Shown here piece after piece: positions 1 through 9,300 of a stretch of 64,000 nt of DNA. The translations under genes were made by a program, and so were the position numbers. Origin of the DNA: Bdellovibrionota bacterium (GTDB lineage Bacteria; Bdellovibrionota; UBA1018; CAIPTA01; JAALKR01); contig CBDBMJ010000001.1 of assembly GCA_965207455.1 (NCBI GenBank), forward strand, positions 576,001-640,000, written 5' to 3'. The stretch's first letter is position 1. Each line of letters begins with the position of its first letter. Under the pieces are notes generated by a model. That model did not search any database. It had not been told where the DNA came from and saw only the letters and a list, made by a program, of their open reading frames with translations.

Positions 1-400
1 AGGAAGTAATAAAGACCTCTCCCCAAGAGTCTCTCCCATATACCTCATAAAAATCAAAGTAACGGTGTAGTTCTTTCCAAAGCATTTCTTTGTTTGGAAT
101 GATCCGTTTGTCGTTAATATGATTTCCTAGGAGACGGGTAAAGTACTCTAAGCTTCGAAGGTAGTCCTTTTGGCTAATGATCTGGTTACCAAACTGAAAG
201 GGCTTCGTTCTTTTACTCTTACGAAAAAAAACAATCTGTCTTTTTATGGCTAAGAGAAGGGAATCAATGGAAAGGTCTTCCTTCCATTGGGGAACATCAT
301 CGGGGCTTACCTTTCGCATAGCTTGATCTCTTTTCATGAGGGGTGCACGAGCGCAGGAGAAAAGAAGGGAGCAACAAACTAGGGAAAGAATAATTCGCAT
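1..400 (-). CDS. mltA: Probable MltA lytic murein transglycosylase lipoprotein, 5' part (runs off the window start)
   Basis: Not in the ORF track. Manual translation from ATG 400: MRIILSLVCCSLLFSC (lipobox) ... YFDFYEVYGRDSWGEVFITS, resembling the MltA segment before the TGYYEP motif. The frame is open to the window edge. Confidence 0.6.
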   Translation of the reverse strand, partial: MRIILSLVCCSLLFSCARAPLMKRDQAMRKVSPDDVPQWKEDLSIDSLLLAIKRQIVFFRKSKRTKPFQFGNQIISQKDYLRSLEYFTRLLGNHINDKRIIPNKEMLWKELHRYFDFYEVYGRDSWGEVFITS

Positions 401-474
401 AGTGATTATTATGGAAGAAAAGAAGTGTTTGGGCAAGATGAAACTGGTTTTAGCACGTCGAGTCTAACGATCTA

Positions 475-1143
475 CTAAGAGCAAACCCGTAGAAACTCAC
501 TCCGGGTTTCTGAATTTGTCTTAAAAGCACCACGGAGGTCCGAGGTGGCAGTGACACTATTGATATCCTCTATTCCACGGGCCACAACACAGAAATGCTT
601 GCCCTCTATATATACGGCAACATCCTCCGTATCCAGCACATAGCTCAAGCAATCTCCCACCTGCATACTAAGGCGCTCTTGGATCTGAGGCCTGCGAGCA
701 AAATAACGAACAATACGGTTGATCTTCGATAAGCCAATAACCCTGTTTTTAGGAATATAGGCCACTTGCGCCCGTCCCTGTATGGGTAGAAAATGGTGCT
801 CACAGATGGAAAGCATATTAATATTTTTTACAATGATCATTTGATCATAATGCATACTGTTTTCCACCACCGTAACTTTGGGGAAGTTTTTTGGATCCAA
901 ACCAGAAAATAGTTCTTTTATATACATTTGAGCTACCCTGTGGGGGGTGCGCTGGATACTTTCGTCCTTGGGGTCTAGGCCCAGAGTTTCCAAAATACCT
1001 TGGAAGTGCTCCATAATTTTCTTGTGCTTTTCTTCATCCAGGAGATCGTTTTTCCAGATAGGGGAGGGACGTACATGGGCAAGGATGTCCATGGTTGAGA
1101 ACTCCACCTTTTTTCCCTTAGTGTCTGTTTCATCATACTTCAT
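475..1143 (-). CDS. folE: GTP cyclohydrolase I
   Basis: TPHRVA, SICEHHFLP, GLSKINRIV, RPQIQER and HFCVVARG motifs. Confidence 0.97.
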   Translation of the reverse strand: MKYDETDTKGKKVEFSTMDILAHVRPSPIWKNDLLDEEKHKKIMEHFQGILETLGLDPKDESIQRTPHRVAQMYIKELFSGLDPKNFPKVTVVENSMHYDQMIIVKNINMLSICEHHFLPIQGRAQVAYIPKNRVIGLSKINRIVRYFARRPQIQERLSMQVGDCLSYVLDTEDVAVYIEGKHFCVVARGIEDINSVTATSDLRGAFKTNSETRSEFLRVCS

Positions 1144-1210
1144 GCTATTATTCTATATAATTAAGGCTAGGATGGTTGTCAACCGCTCTTAGTCGCTCCC
1201 TCCATTTATC

Positions 1211-2332
1211 ATGTCTAAAAGCATATCTAAAAGTGGACAAGGGAAGGGAAGTATTGTACGAAGGACTATTATGACGGGTAACAATCTCTGCAGTTGTGGT
1301 TCAGGGGAAAAATTAAAAAATTGCTGTAGAGGGAAGATCATTCCTTTTCCTGTTCCTCCCATGAGTGACAGAAAAAGTTCTTCTCTGGAGTTGATCGAAG
1401 AATTTCTCGATGAACGGGAGCATGAGCATTTTTCCTACAGGGATGCCCCTAAATATACAGAGAATAGGGATACACTTAAATATACAGAAAAAGATGTGGA
1501 GAACGACTCAGATATGCTACTTCCATTAGCGCCTGAGAATAAGCCCAATCCAGAGCTGCTTGGGCTTAGTCCCAATCAATTTAAGAACCTACTGTCCGTA
1601 GAGGCCATATTCAATAATCCATTTCTTACTTTCGACAATAGTAATCCCAGTGAGGATTTTTTGAAAATACCCATGATGAAACAAATCATCTATTTTCTCA
1701 ATACGCTTAAAAAAGAAGGGAGCATTAAGGCCACAGCAAAAGGTAATTTATCTAAAAAATTCGTTCAAGATTTTTATCGAGAATTTGCCGACCCTACCAT
1801 AGTCATGTTCCTTCCCCACACAGAAGACAATTATCCAGAAGTCACACGACTGAGAACAATTCTTTGCTTGCAAGAAATAGTGGAATTCAGGAGCAATAAA
1901 TTTTATTTAACTGACTATGGTGAGGAACTCCTAGATCAGAAGGATTATTCCACTATTTACAGTGAATCTTTCCACGCCTGTGTGAACCATTTTTACTGGA
2001 GCTATATGGGTCGTTTTACAGATTTTGATATTATACAGGAGACAGCCCCGTTTAATTTTTACCTCCTGGACCAAAAAGCCCAAGACTGGGTTTCTTTTGA
2101 GCGTTTGGGAGAAACGTATATCAGTATATTTCCCGAGGTGGTAAAGAGCTCGTCCCATCCCCTCTATGAAACACCAAAAGAAGAGGCAATAACTTGCTTT
2201 CATCATCAATTTCTTATTGATGCTTGTCTTTTTTTAGGCATTCTTTTGGGGGACGATCGAGAAGGGTATGGAACACCAACTCACTTTAAAGTGAGTCCAT
2301 TTTTTAAGAAGCGCTTTTCTTTTTTTTCGTAA
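1211..2332 (+). CDS. SEC-C motif protein of unknown function (start may be ATG 1271)
   Basis: NNLCSCGSGEKLKNCC matches the SEC-C metal-binding motif. The downstream region contains IKATAKGNL. Its 3' end overlaps the convergent pyrC by 29 bp. Confidence 0.7.
   Translation: MSKSISKSGQGKGSIVRRTIMTGNNLCSCGSGEKLKNCCRGKIIPFPVPPMSDRKSSSLELIEEFLDEREHEHFSYRDAPKYTENRDTLKYTEKDVENDSDMLLPLAPENKPNPELLGLSPNQFKNLLSVEAIFNNPFLTFDNSNPSEDFLKIPMMKQIIYFLNTLKKEGSIKATAKGNLSKKFVQDFYREFADPTIVMFLPHTEDNYPEVTRLRTILCLQEIVEFRSNKFYLTDYGEELLDQKDYSTIYSESFHACVNHFYWSYMGRFTDFDIIQETAPFNFYLLDQKAQDWVSFERLGETYISIFPEVVKSSSHPLYETPKEEAITCFHHQFLIDACLFLGILLGDDREGYGTPTHFKVSPFFKKRFSFFS
1439..1492 (+). repeat. Imperfect 27-bp in-frame tandem duplication (RDAPKYTEN / RDTLKYTEK)
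   Basis: agggatgcccctaaatatacagagaat followed directly by agggatacacttaaatatacagaaaaa. Confidence 0.8.
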
Positions 2333-3659
2333 AAATACACTCAGGTTCTACCCGTAGAGCAATGATTCCCAATAATTCTTGGGAAAGAAAACAAGAGTTG
2401 GAAGAAATGCCGGGTAAGGAGGATTCACTGAGAGTAAATTTTTCTTCCGGGTCTACAAAAAGATAGCCTTTAGGCTCCGGAGCGGATGGCAGAATCTCTC
2501 TTCCTTTAAGGGCATAGACCTCAATCAATCGTTCCAAGGAAAGCGCTCCCTGTTTCATCAATGTAATCAAAGTGGGAAGGGCAGTAATGAGTCCTCTGGT
2601 GCCAAAGGGGGCTTTTTCCCAAGAAAGCTCTTTGGACTGAAGTGTGTGTGGAGCATGGTCCGTGGAAACACAATCAATTAAACCGCTTTGCAGTCCTTCC
2701 CGTAGGGCCCCACGATCTGTTGGGCTAAATAGGGGAGGGTTCATTTTGAAAAAAGTGGATTGTGGGTGAGTGGGAGGTGGAATATCCTCGTTGGAAAAAA
2801 ATAAGTGATGGGGAGTAACTTCTGCAGTAATATTGAGTCCTGCCTCCTTGCCCTTGCGAATTTCTTCCAGGGTTTTTCTTGTGGAGATATGGAGTGCATG
2901 GTAATGGGCCCCGGGCACTTGCTTTAATAAACGAATGTCTCGAGCGACCATTTCACTTTCTGCTGTGTCGGGATATAAGGGCCAGTGGTATTTTTTTTGA
3001 ATGGCACTGGCACTGGCCACTCCACCATGACCGGGCATTTCGGCATGTTGGAGAAAAGGAACGTTATGTTTTGCTGAGAGTTCCAGGGCTTGTTTCATAG
3101 CTTGAGAAGAACCGATACCCCAACCGTCGTCCGTGATGGCAGCCGCCCCTGCTTCTACTAAACCCCCAATGTCGCTTACTTTGTCGCCTTTCATTCCCAG
3201 GGTTCCTGATCCTGAGAAAAATACGGTGGGCAGGGAATATTGTTGGGTGGAGAATTGGGAAAAGGTGGACACCTCTTGGTAAAAACGTTCCCTTGCGTTT
3301 TTTAAAATTTCAGGGCTGTCTAGGAAGGGTTGGGAGTTGGGCATGGTAAGAAGGGAGTCGTAGCCTCCCATAAAGGCAGATAGCAATCCTCCCTCTAGGG
3401 TTTCCTTGTCCGACTGGCCGGGAAAACGCAGGTGCACTTGGAGGTCGAAACCTGTGGGCACACAAATATAGTGGCTGGGTACCTCAAAGCGTTCTCCTTT
3501 CTCTTTTGTGATTTTATCTATTATGGAGGATGGTTTTTCCCCCACATATACCTTGGCATCCTCTTGACTATAAGCCCAAAAATGCTGAAATTCGCTGGAA
3601 TTTCGGGCCTTTTGTAAAACAATCCAACTTTTTCCTTTAGGTTGTGGTGATGCTCTCAT
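2304..3659 (-). CDS. pyrC: Dihydroorotase (amidohydrolase family)
   Basis: DLQVHLRFPG, TMPNSQP, TAEVTPHHL, KMNPPL and STDHAPH motifs. Confidence 0.9.
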   Translation of the reverse strand: MRASPQPKGKSWIVLQKARNSSEFQHFWAYSQEDAKVYVGEKPSSIIDKITKEKGERFEVPSHYICVPTGFDLQVHLRFPGQSDKETLEGGLLSAFMGGYDSLLTMPNSQPFLDSPEILKNARERFYQEVSTFSQFSTQQYSLPTVFFSGSGTLGMKGDKVSDIGGLVEAGAAAITDDGWGIGSSQAMKQALELSAKHNVPFLQHAEMPGHGGVASASAIQKKYHWPLYPDTAESEMVARDIRLLKQVPGAHYHALHISTRKTLEEIRKGKEAGLNITAEVTPHHLFFSNEDIPPPTHPQSTFFKMNPPLFSPTDRGALREGLQSGLIDCVSTDHAPHTLQSKELSWEKAPFGTRGLITALPTLITLMKQGALSLERLIEVYALKGREILPSAPEPKGYLFVDPEEKFTLSESSLPGISSNSCFLSQELLGIIALRVEPECIFTKKKKSAS

Positions 3660-3696
3660 AGTATAAGGAGTCTAACTTTTCTTGTGAGGAAACTCA

Positions 3697-4479
3697 ATGC
3701 TCCTGATTGTTATCGTCATCGCTGGAGGTCTTGCCATCGGTACTGTTATGGGGCTACTGGGCAGTGGTGGGGCTATCATTGCTATTCCCATACTGATCCA
3801 TGCTTTGGGCTATCCCGCGGCCCATGCCATGGGGCTTGCTCCCCTACTCATGTTTTGCACTGCTCTTGCCTCTTTTGTACGGAGTGGGCAAACGCGATCC
3901 TTTCCCCATGTGATTGTCTATGGCAGCACCACGGCTGTGTTTGCTTTTATTTGTGCTTTGTATGCGCCGGGTGTGTCTCCCAACGTTCGCATTATTCTTT
4001 TTATTTCTTTAATAATCCTTAGCAGTGTTTCCATATTATTCTCTCGACCTTCCCTAGAGGATAGTCGTGGGTATAGAAGCCCATTGACTCTGCCTTATTT
4101 TTTCCAGCATTTTATTTTTGCTGCCGTTGTGGGTTCCATTGTGGGCACTGTGGGTATGGGTGGAGGGATTTTGCTGGTCCCCATTTTACATCGCTTTTGT
4201 CGATTGCCGCTTACGGAAGCGATGAGTACGTCCATTACTATTATTTTAGCCACGAGTAGTTTTGCTTTTTTAGGTTCCCTATCTTTTCTGCTTTCCTCCG
4301 ATGTGCGTTGGTTGCCCTTTCTTTCATTAACCGCCATAGGGTTGGTGTGTTCTTGGTGGTTGACGAAAGTTCGTCACCAAGTGCCGGTGAGAAAACTGCG
4401 TATTGGTTTTGCGGTCTTTCTATGGTTCTTGGCGATTATGGAGTGTGTTTACTATGCTACGCAAAGTACAGGGCACTAA
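3697..4479 (+). CDS. Sulfite exporter TauE/SafE (TSUP) family membrane protein
   Basis: Two repeats of the GxxGxGG...P motif (GLLGSGGAIIAIP; GTVGMGGGILLVP) and multiple TM helices. Confidence 0.88.
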   Translation: MLLIVIVIAGGLAIGTVMGLLGSGGAIIAIPILIHALGYPAAHAMGLAPLLMFCTALASFVRSGQTRSFPHVIVYGSTTAVFAFICALYAPGVSPNVRIILFISLIILSSVSILFSRPSLEDSRGYRSPLTLPYFFQHFIFAAVVGSIVGTVGMGGGILLVPILHRFCRLPLTEAMSTSITIILATSSFAFLGSLSFLLSSDVRWLPFLSLTAIGLVCSWWLTKVRHQVPVRKLRIGFAVFLWFLAIMECVYYATQSTGH

Positions 4480-4570
4480 TATAAGTTTGACGAATATACA
4501 ATTTCTCCCTACAATAGTGAGGTGCGGTAATGAGGGGCAATAATAGTGATAATGGTGGCAATAATGGAGG

Positions 4571-6418
4571 GTGATAATGGGAGTGCATGAAAATAAAGAA
4601 TCGATGGAAATAGCTGAGGACGCTCGACAAAAAGAATGGGAAGATCCCAGTTTTGTGGCAAACATTTTTGCTGGCAGGTTTTCCATGGAGGATGTATTTC
4701 CAGAACAAAACCCTGAGGATAAAATTCAGGGCGACGATTTTCTAGAAAAGTTTGGAAACGTTGTTCGAGAGAATGTCGATCCAGACGCCATTGATCAGAA
4801 TCAAAAGACTCCTCCGGAAACTCTTCAAGCGCTTAAAAAATTTGGTGCCTTTGGCATGAAGATTCCTAAAAAATATGGAGGTATGGGGTTGAGCCAAACA
4901 AACTATACGCGGGCATTGGAAATGTTGGGTGGTCATTGTGGCACGATGACTGCTTGGATTTCTGCTCATCAAAGTATTGGCGCACCACAACCGCTCCTTG
5001 TGTTTGGAACAGAAGCGCAAAAAGAAAAATACCTTCCTCGACTTTGCCAAGAGATTTCTGCCTTTGCGCTCACTGAGCCAGATGTGGGTTCGGATCCTGC
5101 TCGAATGAGTACCATGGCCACTCCTTCGTCGGACGGAAAAACTTGGAAAATCACTGGTCAGAAATTATGGTGCACCAATGGTTCGGCTGCGGACATTATC
5201 GTTGTTATGTGTCGAACACCGGATAAGATTGTCAACGGTAGGGCGAAAAAACAAATCACGGCTTTTCTTGTGGAGAAGACCATGCCTGGTTTTAGTGTGA
5301 AACACCGTTGTAGATTTATGGGTTTAGAGGGCATTGAAAATGGATTTTTGGAATTTAAGGACGTGGAAGTTCCCCACGAGAATATTATAGGAGAAGTGGG
5401 CGGTGGGCTTCGTTTGGCTCTTACCACGCTCAATACAGGAAGGCTGGGGTTGCCGGGTACTTGTGTGGGTTTGGGGAAAAAATGTTTAGAGATATTACGT
5501 CACTGGGTTCGAGAGCGGGAGCAGTGGGGAACTAAGATAGGAAACCACGAAGAGATTGCGGCGAAGGTTACCGACGTTGCTGCCCATACTTTTGCCATGG
5601 AAGCCATCACCTACTGGACTTGTAATTTGGTGGACAGGGGCGGGGCCGACATTCGCCTAGAGGCAGCCATGTGTAAATTATTTTGCACGGAAACTTCTTG
5701 GCGCATAACGAACGAAACCTTGCAGGCTCGAGGGGGAAGGGGCTATGAGCGTGCCACATCTTTGAAAGAGCGAGGAGAAGCTCCCATTCCTTTGGAGCGT
5801 ATGGTGCGAGATATTCGTATTAATACAATTTTAGAGGGAAGCACGGAAATTATGCACCTATTTATTGCACGAGAAGCTTTGGACATGCACATGCGCCTAG
5901 CAATGCCTCTTCTACAGCCCCACACACCGGTTACCACTAAATTACTGACTTTCTTAAGGTGTGCTGCTTTTTATTCCCTATGGTATCCCAGACAATGGTT
6001 CCATTGGAGTTATTGGCCCATGTATTTTAATTTGAGGCTAGGCAAGCACCTTCGTTATGCAAAACGCACTAGCCATAGGCTTGCCCGAACTATTTTTCAT
6101 TCCATGCTTTGCCATGGTCCATCTTTGGAACGCCGTCAGCTTTTATTGGGTAGAATTGTGGAGATCGGAACGGAGCTTTTTGTGATTTCAGTTACTGTTG
6201 GGAAGGCTCACGCCATGATGAAAAAAAATCCCAGCAACCGCACACCTGAAATTTTAGCTAACTTGGCTTGCAGGAGTTCTCGAAGAAAAATAGAAAACCA
6301 CTTTCGTAAAATGCGCAGTAACGAGGACAAAGAGTCTCTTCAATTATCCAAAGACGTTATGAAAGGTAAATATACATGGCTAGAGGAAGGCACGATGAAA
6401 GGAAATATTTCCTATTAA
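4571..6418 (+). CDS. Acyl-CoA dehydrogenase with VLCAD/ACAD9-like C-terminal extension
   Basis: AFALTEPDVGSD, GQKLWCTNG, GGRGYE and RDIRINTILEGSTEI motifs. Confidence 0.93.
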   Translation: MIMGVHENKESMEIAEDARQKEWEDPSFVANIFAGRFSMEDVFPEQNPEDKIQGDDFLEKFGNVVRENVDPDAIDQNQKTPPETLQALKKFGAFGMKIPKKYGGMGLSQTNYTRALEMLGGHCGTMTAWISAHQSIGAPQPLLVFGTEAQKEKYLPRLCQEISAFALTEPDVGSDPARMSTMATPSSDGKTWKITGQKLWCTNGSAADIIVVMCRTPDKIVNGRAKKQITAFLVEKTMPGFSVKHRCRFMGLEGIENGFLEFKDVEVPHENIIGEVGGGLRLALTTLNTGRLGLPGTCVGLGKKCLEILRHWVREREQWGTKIGNHEEIAAKVTDVAAHTFAMEAITYWTCNLVDRGGADIRLEAAMCKLFCTETSWRITNETLQARGGRGYERATSLKERGEAPIPLERMVRDIRINTILEGSTEIMHLFIAREALDMHMRLAMPLLQPHTPVTTKLLTFLRCAAFYSLWYPRQWFHWSYWPMYFNLRLGKHLRYAKRTSHRLARTIFHSMLCHGPSLERRQLLLGRIVEIGTELFVISVTVGKAHAMMKKNPSNRTPEILANLACRSSRRKIENHFRKMRSNEDKESLQLSKDVMKGKYTWLEEGTMKGNISY

Positions 6419-6419
6419 T

Positions 6420-7199
6420 TTGCACAGCATTGTCCTAGGTATTATCCAAGGCATTAGTGAATTTCTTCCCATTAGTTCGTCTGCTCATCTTATTACCATT
6501 CCATGGCTTTTGGGTTGGCCACCGCACAGCCTAACCTTGGACGTTGCTCTTCATGTGGGCACTCTTATGGCAGTGGTGATTTACTTCCGAAAAAAATGGG
6601 CGCAAATGGCAAGTGCCTTGTTTCAGGGAAAATATAAAGAACCGGAGTCCAGGCTTTTTTTTCAAATTCTTTTGGCGACTATTCCTGGAGCTGTTATTGG
6701 ACTTTTGGGTAAAAGCTATGCAGAAACCGTATTTCGTACGCCTATTTTAATTGCTGCCACCCTTGCTTTTATGGGTATTGTGTTGTGGCTATGTGATAGC
6801 AAGTCGAGTAAAACAAGGGAACTTACGGATCTCAATACCAAGGATTGTCTGATCATCGGATTGTTCCAAGGGTTTGCCATTATTCCGGGTTTTTCTCGTT
6901 CAGGAACCACCATTTCAGCAGCTCTTCTATTGGGCATGAAAAGAAGTGCCGCTGCTGAGTTTTCTTTTCTCTTGAGCGTGCCCATTATTGCAGGAGCTGC
7001 GCTTCTTCAAATCCCGTCGGCAATGGAGCAGCAACTGTATAGCGATATAAATTTTTGGGTGGGTATGACAGTCTCTTTTCTTCTCGGTTATGCTTCCATC
7101 GCCTTTCTTTTAAAGTATGTGACAAAAATAGGCTATCTGCCATTTGCCATATACCGTTTTCTGCTGGGGTTTGTGATTCTTGTTTATTGGCTGTATTGA
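6420..7199 (+). CDS. uppP: Undecaprenyl-diphosphate phosphatase
   Basis: QGISEFLPISSSAHL and PGFSRSGTTI signature motifs. TTG start. Confidence 0.96.
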   Translation: MHSIVLGIIQGISEFLPISSSAHLITIPWLLGWPPHSLTLDVALHVGTLMAVVIYFRKKWAQMASALFQGKYKEPESRLFFQILLATIPGAVIGLLGKSYAETVFRTPILIAATLAFMGIVLWLCDSKSSKTRELTDLNTKDCLIIGLFQGFAIIPGFSRSGTTISAALLLGMKRSAAAEFSFLLSVPIIAGAALLQIPSAMEQQLYSDINFWVGMTVSFLLGYASIAFLLKYVTKIGYLPFAIYRFLLGFVILVYWLY

Positions 7200-7204
7200 A
7201 TAGC

Positions 7205-8074
7205 TTACTTCAATTTTAAATCACTGGCATATTTATAGCTTAAGGTTTGCAAAAAGATTGATTTTTTATATGCTTTTTCTTCATGTGAGGATTTATATAT
7301 TCCATTTAATCCTTTTTCTTTGATGAAATTGATGACTTTCTTAATTGTTTCTATTTCCCGATCATCAAATATTGATTTATTTATTTTTTTATTTGGTATT
7401 AGATTATGTCCACGGTCTTCTTTTATCATTTTTTTCTCCAGCATTAGCTGAAAAATTTCTCTAAATTTATCAGGGCATGGTCCATGTTCTAAACGAATAT
7501 ATTTACTACCTGTAAGGCTTACTTTGAAATTTTTAAAGTGGAGGAAATCAGCATAAAATAATGCTTTATTTATATATAAAGGGGTTTTGCATACTTTAAC
7601 TAAAGAAAGGACAAGATTTGAAAATAAATCAAAACTGAATTTTCTATTTCCTGAATAAATATCTTCTTTTTGGTTTTTCCAATACACATTTAAGAGGTTC
7701 AGTGTAGCGCTAAACTCATTAGTTTTTAGGCGAATATGTTCATTTTGGCTTGCGTCTTGGATATAGTATGTTTCCCATCTTTTTATGCTAGCTTCACCTA
7801 CCTTTAAGTATTTAGCAAATTCTAGTTGCGACATAGCAAATTTCTTTCTTATCGCTATAATTTCTTTTGAAGTCTGTAAATTGTGATTTTTTCTATATTT
7901 GTCTGCGGCAGCATTTCTTAATCCATCTGCTTGCTTTGAATCCATTAAGGACTCTCCGCAATTTGTACACACATATGCCGGTGATAATACATCTAAAGTT
8001 TCGCCTTTTAGTTTTGGCTTAAATCTAATTTTTTTTGTTTCAAAATCTTTGCTGTTGCAGTGTAAGCATTTCAT
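7205..8074 (-). CDS. Antitoxin: MqsA-like Zn ribbon + HTH fused to a Panacea (DUF4065/SocA) domain
   Basis: CLHC...CTNC Zn ribbon, then MSQLEFAKYLKVGEASIKRWE HTH, then INKALFYADF...LTGSKY...HGPCP...SHEE typical of DUF4065. Confidence 0.85.
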   Translation of the reverse strand: MKCLHCNSKDFETKKIRFKPKLKGETLDVLSPAYVCTNCGESLMDSKQADGLRNAAADKYRKNHNLQTSKEIIAIRKKFAMSQLEFAKYLKVGEASIKRWETYYIQDASQNEHIRLKTNEFSATLNLLNVYWKNQKEDIYSGNRKFSFDLFSNLVLSLVKVCKTPLYINKALFYADFLHFKNFKVSLTGSKYIRLEHGPCPDKFREIFQLMLEKKMIKEDRGHNLIPNKKINKSIFDDREIETIKKVINFIKEKGLNGIYKSSHEEKAYKKSIFLQTLSYKYASDLKLK

Positions 8075-8106
8075 GGTTCTCCTCTTCTTTTTTGTTACTA
8101 CTGTTG

Positions 8107-8517
8107 TTATTTATCTTTATGTAAGGAAATATAGTAAAAATAATCATCTATTAAAACATATTTCAGATACATCCTTTTGGATAGTTTTTGACTATTCCAA
8201 GCGAATGCAATTAATTCCTTTCCTTTAATTTTAGATTCATAAGACTTGTCTGGTGGCCTTCCTCCAGCATAATCAGATGGATCGATTTCTTTTAGTAAGT
8301 CTGATATTAATGACCAGACATCTGCTGAATTTCCTATTTCTAGCTCCATAAGTTCATTTACGAATTTAGAAGTTGCAAACATTCCTTTCTTTTCATTTAG
8401 AGCTTTTTTTGCATTTTCTATCTTGCCTGTTAGCTCTTTATGTGATGGTCGTCTTCGACCAGAGTTTCCTGAGTTGTGCAATTCCTCCTCCTCTATAGTA
8501 TCATCTATTGGTATCAT
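8107..8517 (-). CDS. MqsR/RelE-like toxin (probable mRNA interferase)
   Basis: Directly upstream of the MqsA-like gene. C-terminal MYLKY...YYISLH pattern resembles MqsR-like toxins. Confidence 0.7.
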   Translation of the reverse strand: MIPIDDTIEEEELHNSGNSGRRRPSHKELTGKIENAKKALNEKKGMFATSKFVNELMELEIGNSADVWSLISDLLKEIDPSDYAGGRPPDKSYESKIKGKELIAFAWNSQKLSKRMYLKYVLIDDYFYYISLHKDK

Positions 8518-8743
8518 ATGATACTTTTTTTTGCAAAGGTTTTTTCTTTAGAAATTATAGGTATTTATAGGTCTAAATCGCATTTGAGGGAGGTTGAAAT
8601 CTCTCAATTTAAAAATATGAATAGCACAGGATATTTATGGAACAATCCCCTCCAGATTGCTTGGCAAGGGTCATATTACTTGGAGGTTATTTTAGAAAAT
8701 TCATTATGAATCAATTTCATTTCCTAAGTGGAAAGGGGATTTT

Positions 8744-9049
8744 TTATTTACGACGCCCCCTTTGTCGAGTGGTTTTATTCATATTTAGTACTTCATCAAT
8801 TGAAGCGAATGAAGTTGGTGATGCTTGACTTGCTTTCAGTAATTCTTCTAAGCCACCAAGAACCATTAAGATTTTTAAAAAAGATTCTAGGGAGATGGAT
8901 CCTTTCTGTTCAAATTTGCGTAATGTGGGTAAAGCTACGCCAGATCGTTTTGCCAATCCTTCTTGGGTTAGGTTCATGCCTAAGCGTTGTTCACGGACGT
9001 TTTCGACCAGTTTTTTTTGTGCTTTTGATGCTGTTATAAATAATACCAT
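8744..9049 (-). CDS. XRE/HipB-like HTH transcriptional regulator
   Basis: RLGMNLTQEGLAKRSGVALPTLRKFEQKG. Confidence 0.88.
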   Translation of the reverse strand: MVLFITASKAQKKLVENVREQRLGMNLTQEGLAKRSGVALPTLRKFEQKGSISLESFLKILMVLGGLEELLKASQASPTSFASIDEVLNMNKTTRQRGRRK

Positions 9050-9077
9050 TTTATTATTAATATCCAGTAAATCCCTA

Positions 9078-9101
9078 TTACTAATACTATAATATTAGTA
9101 A
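9078..9101. promoter_or_regulatory. Perfect 9-bp inverted repeat, candidate operator of the HTH gene
   Basis: TTACTAATA-ctataa-TATTAGTAA, about 30 bp upstream of the HTH start and between divergent genes. Confidence 0.5.
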
Positions 9102-9130
9102 TTCTTAGAATCAAGCATTTCCCCTAGTTT

Positions 9131-9257
9131 GACCTATACGTTCGTTTTATTGATATTTACTGTCCTAATTACGGACACCAGTCAATGAATATAGGCCCCT
9201 AGAGGGGGCTCTGTGCCAGCTTTTTTGGTACGGAAATTGCTTTTACATGATTAAGAT
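9131..9257 (+). repeat. ~125-bp direct repeat, copy 1 (left of the R-M genes)
   Basis: Aligns with 11486-11610, including the identical blocks gtcctaattacggacaccagtcaatgaatataggcc and tggtacggaaattgcttttacatgattaagat. Confidence 0.92.
9226..9241 (+). promoter_or_regulatory. Sigma54 (-24/-12) promoter motif upstream of the methyltransferase
   Basis: TGGTACG-GAAA-TTGCT fits TGGYACG-N4-TTGCW with correct GG/GC spacing. Confidence 0.65.
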
Positions 9258-9300
9258 TTTCAGTTATTCTCTAGTAAGAGTTTTTGGCGGTTTATATAAT

